A stretch of DNA of 64,000 nucleotides from Alphaproteobacteria bacterium (GTDB lineage: Bacteria; Pseudomonadota; Alphaproteobacteria; UBA828). The translations under genes and the position numbers were made by a program. Positions within the stretch are counted from its first letter, which is position 1, and each line of letters begins with the position of its first letter. The notes beneath the pieces were generated by a model that had not been told where the DNA came from, did no database searches, and saw only the letters and a program-made list of their open reading frames with translations. The stretch is from NCBI GenBank assembly GCA_963667785.2, contig CAXXMU010000006.1:1120001-1184000 (forward strand), read 5' to 3'. Positions 48,261 to 56,478 of the stretch are shown in pieces.

Positions 48261-48261
48261 A

Positions 48262-48335
48262 GGCGAAACGGGCCGGCGGGCAACCCCGCCGACCCGTCGC
48301 GCGGCCCTGGCGAGCCGCGCCCGATGAGCCAGCCA
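48262..48335 (+). ncRNA. type II hammerhead ribozyme HH3 (core variant CCGAUGA)
   Basis: GGC-GAAA-stem III-GUC^48298-stem I(7 bp)-CCGAUGA-GCC; loop UGGC / tail GCCA. Confidence 0.72.
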
Positions 48336-48362
48336 AGGGACACCGAAGAGAGGCCAAGGGAC

Positions 48363-48719
48363 ATGAACGCGAACCATCTTCGCTGCGATACGACGCTGGG
48401 CCCGCTATGCGGCGCGCACGGCCGCATGATCCGCTACAGCAAAGCGAATGTCACCTGCAAGCGCTGTCAGGCGATCGCCGAGAAAACCCCGACGATCGAT
48501 CCCGAGACCGCGATTTTCCTGCGCCGCGTCGCGCTCGACCTCGCCGAGCGGGGCATCGAGGCACCGACCGAAGCCGACATGATCGACGGCATGCGCCGCA
48601 CGATCGAGCGCGACGACGAATTGCTCGCGGCGTTCACCCGGGCCAATCCGGACGAGCGCGGCGCGTTCTCCGAGTGGCTCGCCTCGCGCATCCACCAGCG
48701 CATCAACGCCACCGCCTAG
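48363..48719 (+). CDS. hypothetical protein (Cys/His N-terminus)
   Basis: H....PLCG..VTCKRC. Confidence 0.65.
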   Translation: MNANHLRCDTTLGPLCGAHGRMIRYSKANVTCKRCQAIAEKTPTIDPETAIFLRRVALDLAERGIEAPTEADMIDGMRRTIERDDELLAAFTRANPDERGAFSEWLASRIHQRINATA

Positions 48720-48746
48720 CCAAGGGACATGAAAGGGACACTGACC

Positions 48747-49064
48747 ATGACCAGCCAAGGGACACCGAACGGAAACGGAGCGCGCCAGCCGACCAGGGCG
48801 CACCACTACATGGCCGACGGCCAGAGCTCGCCGCTTTGGCTTGCCGTCACGGCGCAGACCATGACCGACGTCGGCCGCGAGCGCCGGCGCTTCGAGGCGC
48901 GGGACGGCTCGGCGATCATCGCCACGCCGACGCGCCAGGGCCTCGGCGTGCACCGCGACAAGCTCGAGGCCGCCCGCGAGCGCTACAGCTTCGGCGCGCT
49001 CATCCTGGGCGCGTTCGTCGAGGACGGCCACGGGCTGACCGCGGACGACGCGCTGCCGGCCTGA
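48747..49064 (+). CDS. hypothetical protein
   Basis: ORF in operon. Confidence 0.6.
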   Translation: MTSQGTPNGNGARQPTRAHHYMADGQSSPLWLAVTAQTMTDVGRERRRFEARDGSAIIATPTRQGLGVHRDKLEAARERYSFGALILGAFVEDGHGLTADDALPA

Positions 49065-49066
49065 CC

Positions 49067-49134
49067 GCCGAAACCGTCCGGGCCCGGTCAAGGGACGCCG
49101 GACGGTCTGCGGGTCGCTCCCGCACTGACGAGGC
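49067..49134 (+). ncRNA. type II hammerhead ribozyme HH4
   Basis: GCC-GAAA-stem III-GUC^49107-stem I UGCGGG/CCCGCA-CUGACGA-GGC. Confidence 0.85.
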
Positions 49135-49173
49135 AACGGCGGATCGCTCCCGCCAGCCAAGGGACATGAAGCC

Positions 49174-49950
49174 ATGACGCGGAATCATTACGAGGAGAAG
49201 CAGGAGAGGCGCCGCGAGCGCCTCGAGGAGGCCGCCGACCGGGCCGAGCGTGAAGGCCACGCCAAGATCAACCGCGGGCGCGATATGGCGTCCGTGATCC
49301 CGTTCGGCCAGCCGATCCTTGTGGGGCACCACTCGGAGAAGCGAGACCGGAACTATAGGAGGCGCATCGACAACACCATGCGCGCCGGCCACGAGTCCCT
49401 CGAACGGGCGGGCGATCTCCGCGCGCGCGCCGCGGCGGTCGGCACCGGCGGTATCAGCAGCGACGATCCCGACGCGCCCGACAAGCTCCGCGAGCGCCTC
49501 GAGGAGCTGGAGAAGAAGCAAGCGCACATGAAGGAAGTCAACAAGGCGCTCCGCAAGGGCGACGATGCGGCGCTCGCCGCGATGGGGCTTTCTGCCGAAG
49601 CCGTCGCCAAGCTGAAGGAACCCGACTTTGCCGGCCGCACGGGCTATCCGGACTATGCGCTGACCAACAACGGAGCCAATCTCCGGCGGCTCAGGAAGCG
49701 TCTCGCCCGCCTGGAAAGGCACGCGGACGACGAGACCACGAGCGAAACGGTGGGCAAGGTGGAGATCCGCGACAACGCGGAAATAAACCGCGTGCAGATC
49801 ATCTTTCCTGGCAAGCCCGACGAGGGAGTCCGCCGCCAGCTGAAGGCGAGCGGATTCCGTTGGGCGCGCAGCGAGGGAGCATGGCAGCGCCACCGCTCGG
49901 CGGGCACGCTCCACCAAGCTCGGGCCATCGTCGCCGGGCTGCCGCAGTAG
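49174..49950 (+). CDS. DUF3560-family protein
   Basis: IPFGQPILVGHHSEKRDR, ISSDDPDA, LK.SGFRW. Confidence 0.85.
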   Translation: MTRNHYEEKQERRRERLEEAADRAEREGHAKINRGRDMASVIPFGQPILVGHHSEKRDRNYRRRIDNTMRAGHESLERAGDLRARAAAVGTGGISSDDPDAPDKLRERLEELEKKQAHMKEVNKALRKGDDAALAAMGLSAEAVAKLKEPDFAGRTGYPDYALTNNGANLRRLRKRLARLERHADDETTSETVGKVEIRDNAEINRVQIIFPGKPDEGVRRQLKASGFRWARSEGAWQRHRSAGTLHQARAIVAGLPQ

Positions 49951-50108
49951 CGACGCCAGCGGGTGTCGCTCCGCCCTGGGGCGGCACTCACGGGCGCCGA
50001 GAGGCGTTCCCTACCATGCGGGCCGGATAGGCTGGCCCGCGCCATTGGCCCTACAATCCCAGTCGATCGCTACCGGGCTTGTGGCCCACCGGGAACAGGA
50101 GAGATCGG

Positions 50109-50282
50109 ATGACTTTCGCGACCTACGCTGCCAACCCCGCCGAGGATGTTTTCGTGCCGGTTCGCGTCCCGGGCTGGCACGCCGTCGACGGCGAAGCTCG
50201 CTCCGCTCGCGTCGAATTCGTGGACGGCCGCCGCGTCTGGGTGCCCGCCTGGGCCCTGCACGACATCTATACCGACGCCTGA
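50109..50282 (+). CDS. small hypothetical protein
   Basis: AGGAGA RBS. Confidence 0.55.
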   Translation: MTFATYAANPAEDVFVPVRVPGWHAVDGEARSARVEFVDGRRVWVPAWALHDIYTDA

Positions 50283-50441
50283 CGCAGAAACGGGCGGCCC
50301 AAGGGACACCCGAACCGCCCGTTTCGTGCTGGCCGCGCTCTCGCACGGGCCAAGGGACGCCACTACCCTAGTCAGGGGACGCCGGTCCGGTCAAGGAACA
50401 TGAAGAGGGCCCTAGTCAGGGGACATGAGGAGGACACGACC

Positions 50442-50699
50442 ATGAAGCCCGAAGAATTCCGCGCGATCCGAGAGAGCGCGGGCCTGTCGCAAGGTCGCCT
50501 CGCCCGCCTGCTCGGCCTGGGGCGAGACGGTGGCCGGGCGGTACGGCGATGGGAGAGCGGCGAGCGCTCGATCGGCGGGCCGGTGACGATCTGCATGAGG
50601 GCACTTGAGCTCGGCGTGCTGCAGCCGGGGGAAGACGGCACCCCGGAGCTGCGGGGGAAGCCCAAGGCCAAGGGACGCCGGACTGGTCAGGGGACATGA
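50442..50699 (+). CDS. XRE-family HTH protein
   Basis: FRAIRE..GLSQ..LA..LG...VRRWESGER. Confidence 0.85.
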   Translation: MKPEEFRAIRESAGLSQGRLARLLGLGRDGGRAVRRWESGERSIGGPVTICMRALELGVLQPGEDGTPELRGKPKAKGRRTGQGT

Positions 50700-50766
50700 A
50701 GCCCCGGTCGCCCCGCGCGCGCCGGCGCAGTCAAGGGACAGGACACCAGCCAGGGGACATGAAACC

Positions 50767-50952
50767 ATGCCGGAGAAGATCACCGATTTCGTGGTCCAAT
50801 ACCGCTTGCCAGACGGCTCGCCATGGACCGATCACGGCGGCCACGACGACCTCGAGGCGGCCCGCCGCTTCGTCGAACGCCGGACGCCTGACGCAGATCG
50901 CGAGTGGCGCATCATGCGCCGAACGTGGACCCAGGTCGACTACGCCAGATAG
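50767..50952 (+). CDS. small hypothetical protein
   Basis: Last ORF of plus-strand operon. Confidence 0.55.
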   Translation: MPEKITDFVVQYRLPDGSPWTDHGGHDDLEAARRFVERRTPDADREWRIMRRTWTQVDYAR

Positions 50953-52367
50953 CCAACCGGCGTCTCGGGGTAGGCCAGCTCGCGGGGATCGTTGTAGCCC
51001 CGCCACCCCGGGGCAACGTAGTTGATCAGCAGCGTGCGCCGCACGCCTTCGATCGGGCGCGGCCGGAACCCGTGCCATGTGTCGGAGGCCGGCACGAAGA
51101 TGGCGCCGACGTTGTCGGCATAGGGCAGCCGCTTCGCTGGCGTCTCCGGATCGTGGAAGAGGTCGGTCCCCCAATCCGGGCCGTCGCCGCCCTCGTCCAT
51201 GTAGATGAACATGGTGAACACCTTGTCCGCGATATCGGTGTGCGGCTTGCTCCAGTAGCCCTCCGTGTCGTGGGCGTACTCGATCCGCAGGTAGGTGCCG
51301 GCCAGGTCGATGCCGCAGAACCGCTCGAGCGCCTCGGTCACCCGCGGACCCTGGAACGCTTCCGCCAGTGCGCGGGACGAGGGCATGTCGCCGATGGCGC
51401 ACGCATCGACGAACTGCCGCCCGGCATTGTGCTCCTGCCGGCAGCCGTGGTCGTAGTGGAGCTCGCGCGCCTGGGCGGGCCAGGCCTTGAGGCCGGCGAG
51501 TGTGTCGGGGTCGAGCACGTCCTCGAGGAGCCAGTGCCGGAACGGCTCGGCCTCCTCCTCGGCGCGCTGCAACGCGGAGAGGATGGCCGCCTCCGCCGCC
51601 GGCGTGCCGGTGCTCCGCCCGGCTGCCGCGACGGCTTGCACCGCCTTCGGCGCGCCCGCCCGGGCGGCTTCCTCGTGGTAGCGGAGGAACAGGTCCACGC
51701 AATCCCTGCGCTGATGGTCCCGCCTCTTCCCCTGATACCAGTGCTTGCGCGGGCGGTGCGAGACATTGCGCTGCACCGCGCTCCGAAGCCGCGCGTCCGC
51801 GAGCACCGCGGCGGGCTGCGTCGACATGTCCGTGAAGTGCAGCCCCTTGATCGCCTCGAGCGGCATGTCCTCGCCGTCGAGACAGTTCCACCGAGGATCA
51901 AGCTTGGCGATGTGCTCGCGCCCGATCGTGTCTTGAAGGCGGGCGTGCGCTCCGGAATCGCCCCTCATCGCCTCGATTGAGGGAAGTACCTCGCGCGCCG
52001 AAGCGCAATCGAAGACCGACACGCACAGGCGGCCCGGCCAGCGCGCCATGATGGGCTTGCCCCCCAGATCCGCATGCCAGAGCTCGGCCAGGTCGCCGAG
52101 CACGAGCACGTCGTTGTCCATGTAGATGGCGCGGCCCTCGTGGCCGGCGGCCTCCGGTACGGCCCAGCGGTATCCGCTGAACGGCGTGGCCCACCGGCGG
52201 CGATCCCAGCCCGCCCACGGGCCTTCCGAAGCGTCGGCGCGCATCCAGGTGATGTCGACAGGCAGCGAGCTGTGCTTTCTGGCGCTGTGTTCCAGCACGC
52301 GCTCCGTTTCCAGATCCATGCCGCCGGGGCTGGCACCGACGAAGAGCCTGATGGATCCTGCGCTCAT
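50940..52367 (-). CDS. GT-A glycosyltransferase fused to 2OG-Fe(II) oxygenase
   Basis: TPFS..RW..RAIYMDND..DLAELW, WN.LD, LHFT; C-terminal PHTD...WHG...RRTL. Confidence 0.8.
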   Translation of the reverse strand: MSAGSIRLFVGASPGGMDLETERVLEHSARKHSSLPVDITWMRADASEGPWAGWDRRRWATPFSGYRWAVPEAAGHEGRAIYMDNDVLVLGDLAELWHADLGGKPIMARWPGRLCVSVFDCASAREVLPSIEAMRGDSGAHARLQDTIGREHIAKLDPRWNCLDGEDMPLEAIKGLHFTDMSTQPAAVLADARLRSAVQRNVSHRPRKHWYQGKRRDHQRRDCVDLFLRYHEEAARAGAPKAVQAVAAAGRSTGTPAAEAAILSALQRAEEEAEPFRHWLLEDVLDPDTLAGLKAWPAQARELHYDHGCRQEHNAGRQFVDACAIGDMPSSRALAEAFQGPRVTEALERFCGIDLAGTYLRIEYAHDTEGYWSKPHTDIADKVFTMFIYMDEGGDGPDWGTDLFHDPETPAKRLPYADNVGAIFVPASDTWHGFRPRPIEGVRRTLLINYVAPGWRGYNDPRELAYPETPVGYLA

Positions 52368-53152
52368 AGCTCGTACTTCTTCCACATGCTGTAGGTCGCC
52401 GGATCGGCCGTATTGACGTAGGGGCCGAGAAAATACTTCCGGTGCAGCGCGTCGTCGACGGCCCGGATTTCCTCGGTCGTCTTCCCGGCGCAGTGGGTGT
52501 CGTAGTAGGCGTTGAGCTTGCAGCGCTGGCACGTGCCGCAGGCGGGCGTCGAGGGGCACCGCACCGTGAGCGCCCACAACGCCGCCGGGATGCGGCTCTG
52601 AAGCTCGAACCGGCCCACGCCGGAATATGTGCCGTCCTCATGGGCGGTGTAATACCCGCGATGGCGCAGCGGAATGCTCGTCTGCGCCTCGTAGTAAGGT
52701 ACCCAGACCCGTTCCTGAAGGTCGTTGTCGGTGTCCCAGAGGCACATGCCGGTCAGCACCTCGTCGCACTCCCAGAGCTCGGCGTAATGCGCGAGCGTAT
52801 GCAATTTCTCCTTGCCCCAGCAGACGTAGGCGTCGCTGGTCTGCGTGTAGCCCGTCCGGCAGGGCTGGAAATCGGGCTTCTCCAGGTCAGTACCGGCGGG
52901 CTTGCCCAGGACGACGAGATCGCCGTAGCGAACCTCTGAAATCGCCCGCACATTGGCGGAGAGCCATTCCGCGCAGGCCTTCGTGCTGTCCTTCTCGATT
53001 TGGGGGCGTCTCGATTCCGGCGGGTTGGAGCTGTAGTGGCGGGACTCGTCGAGGTTGAGCAGAATCACCTCGTTGTCGGTGTCGCGCAGCGTCTCGTAGG
53101 CGAGGGCGGTGCTCTCGACGCCGCCCCCGAAGCCGAGCAGGCTCTTGACCAT
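52364..53152 (-). CDS. QueC-like PP-loop protein
   Basis: GFGGGVEST (SGGxDS variant) and C-terminal C..CGTCQRC. Confidence 0.6.
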   Translation of the reverse strand: MVKSLLGFGGGVESTALAYETLRDTDNEVILLNLDESRHYSSNPPESRRPQIEKDSTKACAEWLSANVRAISEVRYGDLVVLGKPAGTDLEKPDFQPCRTGYTQTSDAYVCWGKEKLHTLAHYAELWECDEVLTGMCLWDTDNDLQERVWVPYYEAQTSIPLRHRGYYTAHEDGTYSGVGRFELQSRIPAALWALTVRCPSTPACGTCQRCKLNAYYDTHCAGKTTEEIRAVDDALHRKYFLGPYVNTADPATYSMWKKYEL

Positions 53153-53154
53153 CC

Positions 53155-54057
53155 TCAGTTCTCCGGCTTCGGCGGGAGGTCGACGAGAGGTCGGCAGCGC
53201 GCGTGGATCTCCAGCGCCCGCACCTTGAACGCCGCGAACCGCTCTGTCGCGTCGGCGTCGCCGATGTCGAGCGGCACGTAGCCGGACCATGGGCACGAGA
53301 GCAGCCGGTCGACCGCCTCGGCCAATCCAAGGGAGCTCTGCCGGATCGCACGGTACAAAGCGTAATAGCGGCCCCTTGCCTCGTGCGAGTAGAGCGTGAA
53401 ATCCACGATGCCCTTGCCCAGCAGGCCGGCCACGAGCCCCATCTCGCTCGCAGTGGTGTAGCCCACCACGTCCGCCTGCCGCAGCAGAGCCATGCCGCTC
53501 ACGTTCTTCGGGTAGACCCGTGCCGGCCCGAGCGGGGCGACGAAGGCCTCGTGCACGAAATCGTCCGGCGTCACCGGGTGCGGCTTGCACATCCACGCAG
53601 CGTCGGTCTCGAAGGCCCTTCGCACGTTGTCGCCGCTCACCATGTAGCTCAGGTCCTCGCCTGGCGGGAACCATATCTTCCTGGCCGCCCCGGCATCCTC
53701 CGATATGTCGGCCGCCGCCCACTTGTCGGCGATGCTCCGCGCTATCGCCTCGGCCCTGCCGTGCTCGACCGTGCCGTTCCACACCAGCACCGCGTCCAGC
53801 GCGAGGCGCAGGTTCACCTCGGCCGACATCGGAGACGCGATGAACGTGCCGAATCCCTCCGTGTAGGCCCAGGCGAGGGGGATGGTCATGTCGACGACGT
53901 AACTGGCCACGTCGTAGACCGGAATGTCCGGGGCCATTACCCGGCGGAAAATCGCTTCCAGTCGCTCCAGGTCAGGCAGTGAACCGCGGCCATCCGAGGG
54001 TAGCCCCTCTTCCTTTCTGACTTCCGCCACGCTCTTGAGCATGAAGTCCATATTCAT
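53155..54057 (-). CDS. KpsS/KpsC-like (GT-B fold) protein
   Basis: KPHP and SEMGLVAGLLGKGI motifs. Confidence 0.55.
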   Translation of the reverse strand: MNMDFMLKSVAEVRKEEGLPSDGRGSLPDLERLEAIFRRVMAPDIPVYDVASYVVDMTIPLAWAYTEGFGTFIASPMSAEVNLRLALDAVLVWNGTVEHGRAEAIARSIADKWAAADISEDAGAARKIWFPPGEDLSYMVSGDNVRRAFETDAAWMCKPHPVTPDDFVHEAFVAPLGPARVYPKNVSGMALLRQADVVGYTTASEMGLVAGLLGKGIVDFTLYSHEARGRYYALYRAIRQSSLGLAEAVDRLLSCPWSGYVPLDIGDADATERFAAFKVRALEIHARCRPLVDLPPKPEN

Positions 54058-54357
54058 TATCGGATGGCTCCGTGACTCGGGTGATCGCCGCAGTCGGCCT
54101 CGGCAACGGAATCCTTGTCAAGTGGGCGCTTGACGGGGCTGCGCTAGGACGCCCCGGCGAAGCCGAAAGGCCATTTGGCGGGTAAGGCCCTTAGCGTAAA
54201 ATGGTGCCAGCCATGGCAGTGATCTCCTATGCCTACCCAGCTAGGGACCCGCATTGCCGTGGCTAGCGTCCCAACTGGTGCCGGCGGTGCCGGTTGGGAC
54301 ACGCCTCCCCTTTCGGGACAAGGGCAAGCTCTTCATCGTGTTCGCCCTTCAAATGTC

Positions 54358-56466
54358 TCACACGACGCCCTGCACGGCGATGCGGGCCCGCGCGTAGATG
54401 CCATCGGTGTAATACACCTGCCAATCTCTCGCGAAGCCGTATGCCCAGCCGCGCACGCCTGCGGTGTAGTCGCCGACCCACAGAGCCCGCTTGCCGCCCC
54501 GGAACTCGTGCATGACGGTGGCGAACTTATCCAGGTCCCCCACGGGGACTTGCACGTCGAACCGATGGAGCGTCGTCGCGGAGCGCTGGATCGTCGTCAG
54601 ATCGCCATAGATATTCGTCTCGACATGAGAGAAATCCAGACCCTCGAATCCGCTATCCCCGATCTGCGCGTCTCCAACGTTCTGGGTGCTTCCCAGCACG
54701 GCTTGACCGCACGAGAGTTTGGCGCCGCCCGACAAGCTGAGCTCCACATAGTCCGCGATGTTTTCGTCAGGGATATCGCCGATGATCACGCCCCCGCTCT
54801 CATCGTCTACCGGCACGATCCGCGTGTAGATCACCGCGCCGGCCGGTCCGTTCCTCCTCAGCGTCACGGTGACGCTCGAGCAGTCGATCAAGTTGATCAG
54901 AGCCACCTCGTTGATGGTCTGCGGCGTGCTCGTGTTGCGGGTCATCGCGAAACTGGTGTTGCGGGACGAGGTGAAGGTCGTGGAGCGGGAGCCGAAGCGG
55001 GTGGCACGGCTCCCCGTGCTCGTCTGGCGGCTGGCGGCGCTCGTGCTCCGGCTCCCCGTGCTCGTGCTCCGCTGCGTGGCGGTGGTGTTGCGGGTGGTAT
55101 AGACGGTGGAGCGGCTGGCGAGGTTCGTGCTCCGGCTCCCCGTGCTCGTGCTCCGCTGCGTGGCGGTGGTGCTGCGGGTCCCCAAGGAGGTACTGCGAAT
55201 TTCGCTGACGAACTGGGTCGAGCGGGTCGTCGCCGTCGTGTTGCGGCTCCCCGTGCTGGTCGAGCGGGTGACGGTTCCCGTCGTATTTCTAACGCCGGCG
55301 TTGGTCGAGCGGCTGCCCGTGCTCGTGTTGCGCGTCGGCGTCGTGTTGCGGCTCACATTGGTCGAACGGCTGGCCTGCGTGGAGCGAAATTGGCCACGCT
55401 GGCCAGTGGTGTTGCGGGTGAAAGTGGTGTTGCGGGTGGTATAGACGGTGGAGCGGCTGGCGAGGTTCGTGCTCCGGCTGCCCGTGCTCGTGCTGCGGGT
55501 CAACTGCGTCGAGCGGGTGACGGTTCCCGTCGTGTTCCGGCTGCCGGTGCTGGTCGAACGGGTCGTCGCCGTCGTGTTGCGGCTCCCGTGCTCAGTCGTC
55601 ACCCGGCTGCCCAGGCTCGTCTCGCGGCTGGAGACGGTGGTGTTGCGGCTCCCCGTGCTCGTGTTGCGCGTCGGCGTCGTGTTGCGGCTCACATTGGTCG
55701 AACGGCTGCTCGCGCTCGTCAGGCGGCTGCCCGTGCTCGTCTGGCGGCTGCCAGCGCTCGTGCTCCGGCTGCCCGTGCTCGTCTGGCGGCTCGAGATGCC
55801 GCTCGTAACGCGGCTGTCCTGAAAGCTCGTGTTCCGATTACCAATACCGGAGAGCGTCGTGCGGCTCAGCGCTCCCAGGTTAATCCCGGCCAGCAGGACA
55901 TTGGGGTTGGTCGCCCCCTGAGATGGCCTTCCGTCGAACAGGCGCCACTTGTTCGTCTGTCCGATATAGACCCAGTGCAGCGGGTCTGGATCTTCCACCA
56001 GGGGATCGGCGACGGCGGCAGCTTCGGCGGTCGGGGAATTGGCGGCGGGAAGAGCCGAGCGTTCGACAGCGGCATTATCGGCGACGGCAGCGTCAAGCCC
56101 GGCCCTGAGGGTGAGCGTTTCAGTATTGCGATCCACTGACTGCACGATGGCCGTCACCGTGCCCAATGTGATCGTGTCACCTGCGTCGATGCCCGTATTC
56201 GCGGCCCCCACGTCATCCACAACGATGCTCGTCGCGCTTGCGGAGTAGCCACCGGACTTGTTCACACGGGTCGAGAACGCGTCGCTCTCGCGCGAAGACG
56301 AGGTGTGGTCTCTGAGGGACTGATAGACAGAGTGCACGGACGAAATCATGCGATAGTCGCCGCGCTTCAGCGTCTGACCGGCAGCCCACTCCGGGTAGTC
56401 GTTCTCCGTCAGATTTCCAGCGACGTACGCCGAGTCGGAAATCGGGATCGGCGAGATCACATCCAT
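54358..56466 (-). CDS. tail protein with long Ser/Thr/Arg-rich repeat insert
   Basis: Follows tape measure; ENDYPEW..W...G.TNKWRLFD; ~300 aa of RNTT/RSTSTGSR repeats. Confidence 0.75.
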   Translation of the reverse strand: MDVISPIPISDSAYVAGNLTENDYPEWAAGQTLKRGDYRMISSVHSVYQSLRDHTSSSRESDAFSTRVNKSGGYSASATSIVVDDVGAANTGIDAGDTITLGTVTAIVQSVDRNTETLTLRAGLDAAVADNAAVERSALPAANSPTAEAAAVADPLVEDPDPLHWVYIGQTNKWRLFDGRPSQGATNPNVLLAGINLGALSRTTLSGIGNRNTSFQDSRVTSGISSRQTSTGSRSTSAGSRQTSTGSRLTSASSRSTNVSRNTTPTRNTSTGSRNTTVSSRETSLGSRVTTEHGSRNTTATTRSTSTGSRNTTGTVTRSTQLTRSTSTGSRSTNLASRSTVYTTRNTTFTRNTTGQRGQFRSTQASRSTNVSRNTTPTRNTSTGSRSTNAGVRNTTGTVTRSTSTGSRNTTATTRSTQFVSEIRSTSLGTRSTTATQRSTSTGSRSTNLASRSTVYTTRNTTATQRSTSTGSRSTSAASRQTSTGSRATRFGSRSTTFTSSRNTSFAMTRNTSTPQTINEVALINLIDCSSVTVTLRRNGPAGAVIYTRIVPVDDESGGVIIGDIPDENIADYVELSLSGGAKLSCGQAVLGSTQNVGDAQIGDSGFEGLDFSHVETNIYGDLTTIQRSATTLHRFDVQVPVGDLDKFATVMHEFRGGKRALWVGDYTAGVRGWAYGFARDWQVYYTDGIYARARIAVQGVV
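54925..55865 (-). repeat. nested low-complexity repeats encoding T/S/R-rich tract
   Basis: Recurring cggctccccgtgctcgt blocks; duplicated STNLASRSTVYTTRNTT and STNVSRNTTPTRNTSTGSR. Confidence 0.9.
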
Positions 56467-56478
56467 GACCGGTCCCGC

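Larger units (their letters stand above)
47003..50758 (+). repeat. 18 exact plus 2 variant co-oriented CA(A/G)GGGAC motifs
   Basis: Counted by eye; almost all intergenic or at gene starts and ends. Confidence 0.9.
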
